Source of the DNA: Takakia lepidozioides
Taxonomy: Eukaryota > Plantae > Bryophyta
Assembly (NCBI GenBank): GCA_030704615.1
Contig: CM060732.1
Location: 60,822,001-60,886,000, forward strand
DNA: 64,000 nucleotides
Direction: 5' to 3'
Shown: positions 24,854 to 36,971 of the stretch, in pieces
Position numbering within the stretch: the stretch's first letter is position 1
Layout of the letters: every line of letters begins with the position of its first letter
Translations under genes and position numbers: made by a program
The notes under the pieces: generated by a model
The model's database searches: none
What the model was told of the DNA's origin: nothing
The model's input: the letters and a program-made list of their open reading frames with translations, nothing else

Positions 24854-27800
24854 TCAAGGGTCAGCGTGGCCTGCCATCTCTTCATCGCTCGACATGTATT
24901 CTTCATCACTCACATCACCATCGCTGCTGTCCTCCTCCGGACACCTTCCAATGTCCTCCGCCTTGGCATACCTTTCGCAATATTCTGCAGAATATTAAAC
25001 CAGACCCGAAAATGCCAATTTAATGGAGGCCAAGGCTTTAAACCACTAAATGGGAACATACTGTACTTCAGCTTTGAGGGCTGCAAGGTGCAGAGAATTG
25101 GCCATTATCTACTTCTGGGCGTTTGTTCATTGAATTCAAATATCGACAAATCACCAGGAGGTAACTAGATGTTGTATGATATTGAGATGGGGACTAAAGA
25201 ATATTCAACATCCACCAGCAAGAAGACATCACCGTGGAAACATACCTGTTACATATGAGCCTGTGCCTGGCATACCCTATTTCGTATTAACAATGAAGAA
25301 GTGCCAATGGAGAGGCCAGGTGATACTATTGAGAATGTAGGTATTGGTTAAATCCTCGCTACTCCTGAAGCTGGTGTTTATGAAGGGTAACCTATGTACG
25401 CATAAGCTGCCTGATATTCATTGAAATGCATGCCAGGTAGGTCAGATGAGGAAAGGGTGCATGCATCCAGCCTGAAATTAAGAAGCAGATTGGTTTGCTA
25501 ACACCTTTCAAAACCAACGTGCTGATCATAGGAACGGCCATGAAATGCTCAGGTACCCCATCATATTATGTGTTAGTGTGGCACTAAATTGTAAGAATTC
25601 AACCTGACCTCCAATCGTGATAGCCATGAAATGCTAAGGCATGCAGTGGGAAGGCACAGGTGTAGGATGCTATGCAACGCATGTGCCTGGACTAAGAAAG
25701 AGAGTGTGAGAGAGAAGTACCTTTCACTTTTTGTTCATAATGCTCACGGTCCCGCATCATCAGCGCAGCAGCCTCACCATTCAAAGGATCGGTCGGATTT
25801 GGGTAAAGCAAGAGCTGAGGCAGGAAGACTTCAAACACATTTATTAGGTCTACACCCACCCCACCCCACGAACATCCAGACCGCGTGAGACCCCTCGCAT
25901 TATTAGTATTATTCACGCAATCTCAGGGCCCAACAGGTAGCCCTGCTTTTGTCAAATGAAAACTGCTGTCAAGACCTCATATGGGAGCCTTGTCAATCAT
26001 GTACCACTGCCTAACTGCCGGCTCTGTGAGTGTTGTCCTGTCATGAACACGAAATGCCAATAAAACCATTGAAGTAAAATTCTAGAGTTTCAAGCTGGAA
26101 ACACCCTTACAAGAACACCTCGAGACTCCGAAGAGAGTGAGGAGGGCCGGCGTAACTCAACGACCAAATTGGTAGAAAAGTGGTGACCATGCCACATATG
26201 AAGAGAAACCAGGACAATTCTCATCACACTATTTCTGCTTTCCTCCCACATCCTATCATTCTAGCTCTAAAGAGTGGCAGGCTGTGTTGGTCTCTCGCTC
26301 CCTTGGATTTCTGAATATGTGACTTTGCTGTCAATGTGGTTGGTGCAGTCAGGATGACCTGACTTAATAACCTAACTAACCCTAACCAGGCCACTCACAT
26401 AAAACCCTAAAATCAATAAAACCCATCTCTTGCAAAAGCAGCAAGACAACTTACCAAACATGGGACTCCAAGTCTGATTGATGACATCCAAGCAAACAGA
26501 ACCTGATCTGCATTCACCATATCCCTGTCACTTGGTACTTGTACCTTGACACAAGGCATAAGCCTGGTATGAGGTTACACACATACACGTCATCCTTACA
26601 AGTATGATCAAGAAGAACTAGCGGGTTGGTAACACATAAGGACAACTGGAACAGAGACATACATTTCATCGACATTGGGATGAAAAATCCTGTTAACAAA
26701 ACCAATGGAGGGAGACTTGTACGGATAAGCCTCTGGCAATTCAACTCGAATCTTCCACGTCCCCTCTTGGTACGGGCCTGCCACCCTCCATATCCCCATC
26801 TCTCATCAGGTCAGCTGTCCTGGCAAACTAAGCTACTAGCAGCACACACAAGCTACATACTGAAGCTGGAGCACTTCCAGACCAGTTCATTTACAGTTTC
26901 CAACCTTGTTAACTAGAAAACAGTACAAAATGCACGTGGAAATTACACCACCCTACATATAGTGTTTCCAGTCAAACCAGCCAATAAAGTTTGTATAAGC
27001 TATTCCACAAATTTGCTACAATGTGGACTACTGTGGCTTGGCTTGAGGTATTGAACTTAGAATGGTACCTTAGCTAGTGGACCTTGAATTTCAGGACTGC
27101 TTAACCTAAGTCTTTTAGTAAGACCCTCAGATCTGCAGAGTACCTTGCCTTGTGAAGGAAACAACTCTCTAGAACATATAATGTGTGTCATTCATGAGAC
27201 ATAAACTTATGAATTATTTCAACAAGCAGAGGACTTTTAAAGATTACTTTCCACATCTATATCCCGCACTAGAACTGAGTTACAGCCTCTCTACAAACCC
27301 CCAAAGTGAGAATTAATTACCCCCTGCAAAATTTGTGAAGCTCATTCTGCTTCAGAAGTGAGGCACAACCATAGCTCACACCACCACCATACATAAAATT
27401 GGGGCGTGAAAGTGGAGCAACATACTGTCTCGAGGCCCGTGAAACTCCACATAAAATTCACTCATCCCGTCATTCACCATCTCCACCTTGTAGTCACTCA
27501 TCATCCTGTGCTCAGAGTGAACAGAGATATTTACCGTATCAATGCTCCGAGAGAAAGAGAGGGAGAGAGAGAGAGAGAGAAGAGAAAACTCTGGCAAAAT
27601 CTGTGTAAATGAGGACACCTTCCTCTCCAGGAGCAATGATTCTAAAGAAGATCTGTGTGCTTGTGCGTGTGAGACAGACAGACACACAGCCGATTAAACT
27701 TTTTTAGATAATTGCCAGGTGAGACTACGCTGAGCTAAAATTAGCATTGAAGACCCATGGATGGGAAGTTCCATGGTAGAGACCCACACTGAGAGGCATC

Positions 27801-28004
27801 GAATGACATACCAGGGGAGGAAAACTCACAAACACATGTGCACGAAGAGCTCCATGAGGGATTGATGCAAGACCTGCGGTAAGCAACTCAAACCAAAGAC
27901 AGAGGACGGAACGTGCACGACCCAGGAATCGAACTGAAAAGGATAGCGTCAAAGCCTTACAGTTTCATGACATCCATTTCTCGCCGCTTGCTTGGGGACG
28001 ACAT
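24854..28004 (-). CDS. UBC5: Ubiquitin-conjugating enzyme E2, UBC4/5/6 group, copy B (tandem paralog), 6 exons
   Basis: Exons 27961-28004, 27426-27505, 26663-26777, 26455-26507, 25721-25849, 24854-24984. Same exon sizes as copy A, catalytic SVCLDV intact. Confidence 0.95.
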
Positions 28005-28350
28005 GGTAGATCACAGCGCCACAACCCGAACCACCCCTGCACCAATTACACAAGCCCTGCACCGTCTTCTCAGCTCTCGATCCCCCCCACGACCCTCACC
28101 CAGGTCGCCCAACAGCGCGAGAAATCACAAAGCCCTAATGATGAGAGCAACAACAACAACAACACCGCCCGACCTCCACCCCCACACTCATTCCGCACTC
28201 GCTCCACAGCACTGATCCCTTTAACTGAACACAACCCTCTTTCCCTGCAATCGGCCGAGATCCTCGGGCGATGCAATCCAACGGCAGGTCGTGCAGAGCG
28301 GGGAAGCAGAGCTCAAGACTGCACCGGAGCACACACGAAGGCAGCCCTGC

Positions 28351-28372
28351 CACGAAAGGCCACGACGTACCA
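28351..28372. promoter_or_regulatory. Second copy of the conserved 22-bp UBC upstream element
   Basis: Identical to 21619-21640. Confidence 0.55.
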
Positions 28373-29009
28373 TCATCCCCCCTCTCTCTCTCTCTCTCTC
28401 TCTCTCACTCACATCACTTTTGTACCGACCAAATTGGGCGCGGGGTCTGTGGCCACAATGTGCTTACCACATTACTCTTCTTCTTTTGCTCAGGACTTCA
28501 GTTCTTTTCTTTCTCAGTTTCTCAGTTAAAGCAACTTTATCCTTTATCCTTCATCCTTTCTCCTGGTTGAGATGTTTCACTCTCATGCTTCTTGCAAGGT
28601 TTTCGCCCCCATGCTCTGTTTCTGAATCTAGTAGAGGAAGGTTGACAGAATTTGACAGGGCAGTCGGAGGTCCTGTTGGATTGTAATGTAGAATTTTCAA
28701 TTTGGAGAAATGCCAACCCTAACTGTCTACAGACATCTTTGACCATCAAACTTTGTCCAACTAAGCTTCTTGGTCATAATGTAGGACACTCGAGACTGTT
28801 GAGTAGGAGACGATGGTAGTGCATGTAAGCTTACTCATGCAAGCCCATCACATGTTTCGTGAGCATGAATGTGTCTTGGTTTTTGGTGAAAGAGAGAGAG
28901 AATGCTAATTTTGAAGTTGAGACAGCCAAGTGTAACTTCCAGTCAGCAGTGACTGCTCAATGTAGGCGCAAAGTAGGATGGACCAATCCAAGGAGAAACC
29001 CAGATCTTT

Positions 29010-32000
29010 CTACCTAAGTTTTCGAATAGGAATAGCTTTGCCAAAGAGCTTCCCAACATCTTCAGCTCCCATCTGCAGGTCAGCAAGCAGAGCCTTCTCT
29101 TCATCACCCAACTCACGGAAAAATCGCTCCTCATCACGCCGAAACTTATCAGCACCCTTGCCCAGGCGCCCCAGCAGTGAGAGCTCTGCCTTACCCACCT
29201 TCTCCTCTAACTCTTCCACTTCCTCTACCACAAACTTCTCACCCTCCTCCACCTGTGTACAGTGTCACAAACCAGCATATTACAACCATTCTGGTGAAGG
29301 CACCAATGCCATGAAACTCTGAATTTCAGAAACATCATGCAGACGAGGAACACCGATGGGTCTACTATACTCATTGCATGTTTCATTAGCAAGCATTGTT
29401 ACCTTCTTTTCCAGTCTGGCAAACAAAGGGGGCTCTGGCCCGCATGTGTTGTCTGTCTGAGTGAACTTCTTGAAGTCAAGGTTCACTCGCTTTGCTGCCT
29501 TTTCCAGTTCAGGGACAATGCTGGGTGGAAGTGTTTTGCTGCGAGTGTATACAACTGCACCTCCATATCCATCCCACGCATCATTGCTTCCCCGGTAGTA
29601 GATAAACACATAGTCATCTGGCCTCTTCTCTGTCTTAGCTCCCAAAACGTACCTGGGTAGGCCATAAATGATTTAGAGCTTGTAGGAAGGCACCACACCA
29701 CTGAACACCCATCCCCTATCCGTCAAGGTGCAGCTGCCCTATGTCAGTTGCTGCAAGACCTCTTTTACCTACCCAATTTATACAATCAAAGAACCCAAAA
29801 TTTTGTAGTTTTAACCTTTGTAATGTCCAGGTGTTCACAAGAAAGGTGATGCTCTAGATGCAGCTCAGGTGGAGAATGTGGTGAATTAACTTAACAAGTA
29901 TCTACTAACTGGAGGCTCACATAGGAGGGAAAAGTACAAAAAGAGAAAAGGGAAATGATACCCATCATGCCGACAGACTGTACATGTGGATTCCTCTTTT
30001 CCCAGTCTAGTTAAATTACTGTACAAAGGTGGGCAGCCTACTCATAATCACGAGACCAGTAGGTAGTCTGACATCTCAGAGAGGGAGAAAGAGATTAAGT
30101 CCGCAGAAGGCCCAAAGGATCCAAGGACACAAAAGAGAACAGAATCTAGAACCATAGCGAGAGAAAGACTGACACACCAGTCATCCTGGTAGTGGAGGAA
30201 TTCGTTGCCATGGTTGTACAGCACGCCAGGCTGCTTTGGGTCTTGCACAAAATTCTGCACTGTGGAACGCGTGAAAAAGCCCCCGTCTGGGGTTGCTATT
30301 CTCCATGACAACTTTCCTGCATGTGAATGGCCATTTCATCCTAGTTAACAATACAAAAAGCATATCGACTGCTTTGGGAACACTTGACACATAATTCCAG
30401 TCCACAAAAAACTTCACAATACTAGTTGTCTATGTTTGGTTTGATAATACCATGAACAGGTGCCACAGGGCTTGCCACCAAATTTCACTACTCATCTCGG
30501 TACTCAATCCAGCAGCAGTGTTTGGTTCAGTGAAACCTTCTTCAAGAATCTCAGACTCTCAGTGTGGAACAGTTTCTCTTTCTTTCCACACTCTGACAAT
30601 ATGCTGCAAATGTCAGCACACACAATCCCCCACCATAGTATAAATAAGCTAGGCGCTGGAACGATTCTCCAGGCTCCAAAGAGGTACTGGTAGGGTTCAG
30701 AGAACATGATTAAGCAAGTTAAAATTCATCATTCATTTTTATAAAATGTGGAAACATGCATCGCTAATGGTCAATGGGGGCTTGCAAACTGATGGGACCA
30801 TGACAGAAAAGCAATACTGTGTCAAGTTCTAGCATGCCCCCACTATTTGGGCAGAATGCCTCACTGAATGTAACACCCTTATAACATCAATGATCCAAAA
30901 AAGAATTTCAACAAGTCAAACAACAGTTTAGTCCATCTTATTGCCACATACTCACTTCCTCCTCAAGGCTAGGGGTTGCACCACTAAAGGGGACTAGTAA
31001 GGCTACCTGAGAGCTCGCTAGGGGATGCTGTGAATTCATGGAGTTGGCAGTCAAATGTATCAAAAGTACGATTATAGCCGCTGCTGATGTACCATTTCCC
31101 TGTAAAATCCAGGGTGCTGAAATCAGCCACCAAGGCTGAAGGAGGGGGCACTGGGTAGCGTCCTTCATCCAGTTTTTTGGGCACACACCCTTTCCTTGTC
31201 ACAGCGCAATCGTTGAACTCGTCAACCACGTTGTTCTCAAACAGATCTCCGCATCCGATCTGCAACATATCTGCACAATAAATGGCCAGCAGAAGCAAAA
31301 TACACTCCCATTTCTATCTCTGCCTGTGCACGCTCCAAACTCGTGTCTCTAACACATAAGTTTTGTTCTGGTCTGTCCATCACCACCAGATGGCCAGGAG
31401 ACTGGTGCCTTCATGGTCGAACGAGTGTCTCTCTCACTTCTGCTGTTTTTTCAGAAACAATGTGACCATGATAGCCAAGATTCTCACATCAGCCTTTCTA
31501 TCTGCAATTGTGTCTGGGGAAAACTATTTGACCAGATTATTTACGCATGAATGCAGCAGCCATGATGAAGGAGATGCAAATTTTTTAGGCTTTGTAGTAG
31601 AGAAGGCATACCTGGCACTCAGTCTCATCAGGACGATTATTACACGTCTGCAAGCAAGCTACATTGGCTGCACATTTCGGGTCTGCAATACACTTTGCCA
31701 ACTCCACCCTGATCGACCACAATTTCACAGACAGTTACAGCACATACTCATTGGCCCATTCCCTGAGACCATTTCGCTATGGTTTTAAGGAAAAGATTGT
31801 TTACTTCTGAGTTACTTTGTAGCCTGACTAATCTTGGCGTTAAACTCCTCAGTCGACCTTTCTTGTAAATACCCCCTTACATGTAGCACTCTGGCACAGT
31901 CAGCAAGAAGTAGTCCATTAGACTGGAAGTCTAATGAGCTCTACCTCCCTGTTTTTGAACATGTTTCTGTTCTCTTGGTCCCTTCAAGTCTCCTGTGGAG

Positions 32001-33233
32001 GTGGTACATTAGTTTCTCTGTCTCTCTTTCTCTGGATTGCCAATGCAATCAAAGAAACATTCTTTTCTCTCACGCAGACATTCCTGGTAGCTCTAACCAA
32101 GTCTTAGAATCACTACTAGTAGCATATACTTCCATGCTGAATAGTATTTCCCATATGGAAATGGTGCAGCAAAATGTGTGTGTTGGTTAGCAAGCTTAGT
32201 ATGACTCTGCATATAAGATCTAGGTAAAGACAGAGAATTTTTCAAAGAAGGGACACGGACATCCTTACTACCGGCATTCTTTGAGGAGGCACGCACATGT
32301 CTTCAAAGGGTCAACTGCTGATGCCGTTGGTGCCACCCACAGCAACGCTCCCACTGTTATTCCTGCTGCCACTTGCAATGCCACTGCCTGCTATGCTTGT
32401 CAGTCTCATAGTGTCGACGATAGAACCAGGTTCTAGAAGAACTGCCATCTACAAGGTTGTTAGCTTGACGCTTGATGGCCAAAGAGAAAATTTATAGAAT
32501 TTCCAAACTGGCTAGCTAAAACACAGACATAGTTTCCAAACCCACAATGATTCTAAAATTGTGAATCCCAAGTTCCTAAATCACAGATGAGAGCATCTTT
32601 AACTAAATTAGGGCACACCCACACTCTCCCAGGTGCATCCCTGCAGGTCATCTGACTCCACCCCAAGCCTAGGGAAAGAAAGCTACTGGCCAGAGATTAT
32701 GAGAGGCACTTCAAATTGCTTCAAAAAATGAAGTATACATGAAACTCCCTGTTACAAATCACAATACACTCCATCATCCATTGAAGACTCACCTGCCTAA
32801 ACTTCTGAATTGGTGTCTTTTGTGCATCTCCTCCAGGACTAGTATGTTCTCTCTCCTTTGCTTTGTGTGAGGTGACTTGCCACCATTTCTGTGAATTCTG
32901 CACATTTGGTAACCAGCATGATTCAAGAATCCCCACTCCCTTGTCTGATCCCCCTCTGTCTTCTTGTCGAAAGCGCTGTATAGCTGTCGACACTTTGTTA
33001 CTAAACCTTTCTCCTTGGATGCCAGTGGCTTGACCTTGTTCATGAAAAGTGCTCCTTGAAACTGCCCCAACTCCAAATTGAGGCAACTGTCCCTGTAAAA
33101 TGAATGGGGCTGGTTGTGTAGTCCTGGACACTGTCGAGAAGACTTGGCTTGAAGGGGGGCCTTCCCTGCTCTGGCGGTGAGTGAGATGAGTGAAAGAAGT
33201 GATTGAAGAGGCACCTGTCAGCAGGGAAGTCAT
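29010..33233 (-). CDS. VDE: Violaxanthin de-epoxidase, chloroplast (thylakoid lumen), 7 coding exons
   Basis: Exons 32793-33233, 32272-32387, 31612-31708, 31007-31259, 30178-30316, 29403-29652, 29010-29252. Lumen signal ASA|[15 protein letters not shown], Cys-rich domain, lipocalin motifs GKWYISSG and [13 protein letters not shown], Glu-rich tail ending PIRKLR. Confidence 0.95.
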
Positions 33234-35059
33234 GGACCTTTGGGGATTCCCCTGCAAACACAAAGGACAGAAATTTGCTGCAAAGGGTGTTAGAGCTCTC
33301 TCTCGCTTTTGTCCCTTGTGCCCATTGGCCTCCCACGTAGGTCATAAAATTCTTCTCCCTCCCTCTATCTCAGTCCACAGTCTAGCATGTAGAAATCATG
33401 CAACTGGCTTCGGAAGGGTCAATCTCTCGTGGACAATAGAGACGTCATACCCATCGTTTGCAGAGAATGGTCAAGGGTGGACACACTGAGTCTCCCTCTC
33501 TCTTGAAGCAGAGACAAACATCATTTCTTCCCCTGTCTGGCATATTCGCATACTACTAGTTCCGGTATAGTGTTGTCTGTTTAGGGACCCACAATCTTTT
33601 TTGGCAGAGGAGGACCCAAAGTTTCTGGCAGCCTCCCTGCATGTCACACACTGTGTCTTGGGTTAACGTTTGATGTTTTTTATAGTTGGTTTTGTTCTAC
33701 TTTTTATCCCATGGGCCAGCAGGACACCTTGTGAAACGTTGTATAGTTTCTTTCTTCCTTTTCTCTTTCACAGACACCCAAACAATAATTTCGAGCTCGG
33801 AATATGGAAGTCCGATTTAGCAGAATAGGCATTTCTGCCACATCCATCCTTATAACCACACTTGATGTTGAGTCAGGACTCCAAATTAGGTGGGTTGTGA
33901 AGTGCGGTGGCAATGTCCATCCAGAAAATTGATGATGAATTGAAGTACTTCTCCCCCTACAAGACCAGAAGACTGGTTCAAAACAGACTTGGAGATTATG
34001 GCACAAAGGATGCAATGTGAAATATCACCTCGTGGAGTTTCCGTTAAAATTGATCACGGACAAGGAAAACGATGTACACTGTATGAAATCAGCTTTACGA
34101 TGGAGATAGAAATCGAATTCGAATTGCCGAACACTCAGATTACTGATTGGCCTCAGACACCACATTATCCCGCAAAAGACATAGCCATTCCCTTTCCCCA
34201 AAGGGATTCAAAGAAATGGACTATTATCTAGAGCTCTGAGATTCCTTCATCATGACAATGTGCAGCTGTACACCTTTCTCTCGGTCTTTCCGTTGGGTAT
34301 CACGATGGAGCTCACTCATAACTTGTAAATCTCAGTGACAAAGACGCATTAGAGATTCATCCAGCGAGCTAACTCTTTACTAATGTCTGTACGACGTTGT
34401 GTGTGCGCAAATTCTACCTTCAAAATGTACCCATACACACAACTCACGAGCTTTTTCAAAGTTTCAAAAGATTGAAGAGACGAGCTTACCAAAAGTCCTG
34501 TCAGACAACGAAAGAGAGGAATAGACATTCATTGCTTTGTGGGCGAGCGACCACCGTCCTCCTCAGCTCCGCGCGTGTGTACTCAAGCGCGCATCAGCGA
34601 GAGGGTAAGAAAGACATTCAACGTCCACGGGTTGCCTAGAGATGACGGTGAGCCTCATCTGTGAAAGGTGGGTGTGTGATCAGCTGGCTTGTGACGTGGC
34701 TTGTACCTGCCACTTTATATCGTATGATCTCCACAGTGGGCATACATCAATGCTCTTGGTGGCGCCATAGCGCTATGCCATACCCATACACCCGCGCGGC
34801 ACGTCCATACAAACCATGATCAACTTCCCTGGAATGGCGATGGGTTCCGCGACCTGCAGTAGAGTAACGGACCGGGAGGCTGTGTGGAGCTGCCGGCCCA
34901 GACCCTTGCAAGTGATGACTAAGATGTCTTCCAAGCCTGCAAGGAAACCCATGAAAGGTACAGACATGAAACTCTTCGTGTGTATTTTCGGGCCTCTAGA
35001 TTTTGTTCGTTGGAGCGAGCTAGCCTGCAAATTGTTCCTCGGTTGAAGAAGTTTACAGC

Positions 35060-36840
35060 TGGGTCATTCTGCAGGGAGGGAGGATTGAGCATGCAGTAGA
35101 AATTCCTGGGTCTCATGGAGCGACGAGGCTTTCGGTCCTACTCTGAGACATGTGCTCGAATGTGGGGAGACGAAAGCCCTGGCAGTTCACCAAGCACACA
35201 TAATTGGAAGTGGTTTTGGGCTAGACATCTTCCTGGGAAACACCCTTCTCAGTATGTATGTGAAAAGTGAGAATTCAGGATGCTCGTCAAGTGTTCGACA
35301 AAATGCCCAAACGGAATGTGATCTCATGGACTTCGAGTAACAGGACTTGCTCAGGAAGGGCATCATGAGGAGGCATTTAAATTCTTCCAGGATATGCAAC
35401 GAGAACGCGTGAAGCCAAACAAGGTTACTTCCATTATAATACCTCAAGGCATGTTCGGCTTAGCAGATCTTGAACAGGGCAAGTGGCTCCATCAAAGCTG
35501 AATTCGAGTGGGAGGTCCGAATGAGGAGCGCCCTTGTCAGCATGTATTGCAAGTGCGGTTCTGCGGTGGATGCGCGAAAAGTGTTTGACAGAGTGCCTGA
35601 GCGAGACGTGATCTTATGGAATTCGCTGATTGCAGGATTCATTAGCATCCTCAATGCATGTGCCATCCCAGCAGCTCTGAAGCAGGGGAGAAGAGTCCAC
35701 GCGAGCATCATCGAAGCTCAATTTGAGTCAGATGTCGAAGTGGGGAATGCCCTGGTCAGCATGTACTGCAGGTGCGGGAGTGTGATATACGCACGCCAAG
35801 TGTTTGACAAAATGCTTCAACGAAATGTGGTCTCCTGGACTGCGATGATTGCAGGATTAGCTCAGCAAGGACGTTCAGAGACATTCCAACTGGGGAAAAT
35901 CTAATTCGTGAGCATCCCACCCATGAGCCCGTGAGCGAACACTGGGAATCAATGAGCATGTGCTCCCGATTTTGGGTGAATCAGGGTGAACCATGAGCCT
36001 GAGCTCACTGATTTCACGCTCACTTGCTCATGGGCTCATGGATCAGTTTCTCTCCCGGCAGCTCTGGAACAGGGAAAGTGCCTCCATGCGGCATCACCAA
36101 GCTGGACTTGAGTCAGATGTCCAAGTAGGGAATGCACTTTTAAGCTTGTACTGCAAGTGCCAGAGTGTGGCGGATGCATGCCAGGTATTCAATGATATGC
36201 TTCAACGAGATGTGGTCTCGAGGAATGCGAGGATTGCAGGGTTTGCTTAACAAGGGATCGTGAAGAGGTCTTTGAACTCTTTCGACAGATGCAGCAAGAA
36301 GGCATGCATCCAAATGTGATCATCTTCATGAGCATCCCTCCCCTCATGTGCCAGCCCAGTTACTATAGACCAGGGAAAGAAGCTTCATGCAGACATTATC
36401 AAAGGTGGGTTTGAGTCAGATGAGCTGGTCAGCAGTCCACTGGTTAACATGTCCTACAAATGTGGGAGCCCAGTGGATGTGCGGCAAGTGTTCGTCCAAA
36501 CAAGATGTGATGTCCTGGAATGCAATGATTGCTGGATCTGCTCAAAATGGTCACAGTGAGGAAGCTTTAAACTTCTTCGACAAATGCAGAAAGCAGGCAC
36601 CAAGCCTGACAGGACATTTTCATCAGTATTCTTGAAGGATGTGCCAGTCTAGGAGCCTTGGAAGAGTGCAAACGGGTCCATGCTCAGATCAATAAATGTG
36701 GATTGTGTCCCCCTTGCTTGATGCCTGTAAAATTCTTGGCAATGTGAAGCTAACAGAACGTGCAGCAAAATGCATACTTCAGTGGGATCCACAACACCCT
36801 GCAGCTGTCGAACATGTACACTGCTTCTGGTAAAGCACAA
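35060..36840 (+). pseudogene. PLS-PPR pseudogene, close paralog of 12011-15277, with internal deletions and no DYW domain
   Basis: Near-identical motifs ([30 protein letters not shown]) interrupted by stops and frameshifts. Ends in E-domain remnants (WDPQHPAA). Confidence 0.9.
35891..36056. mobile_element. Small MITE-like insertion in the PPR pseudogene
   Basis: Imperfect inverted ends (GGGGAAAAT..CCATGAGCCCGTGAGC / GCTCATGGGCTCATGG..TTTCTCTCCC) interrupt the PPR homology. Confidence 0.45.
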
Positions 36841-36971
36841 GGCAAAAAAAATGTAGGAGACCCTACCGTGCAGCTGCAGTGAGGTTGACAACCTGGTGCA
36901 TATAATTGATATCTAAGATACGTCCTGGGTTTTTCATGAACATCAATGTTTAACAAGCTGCTAGTTGGAGC

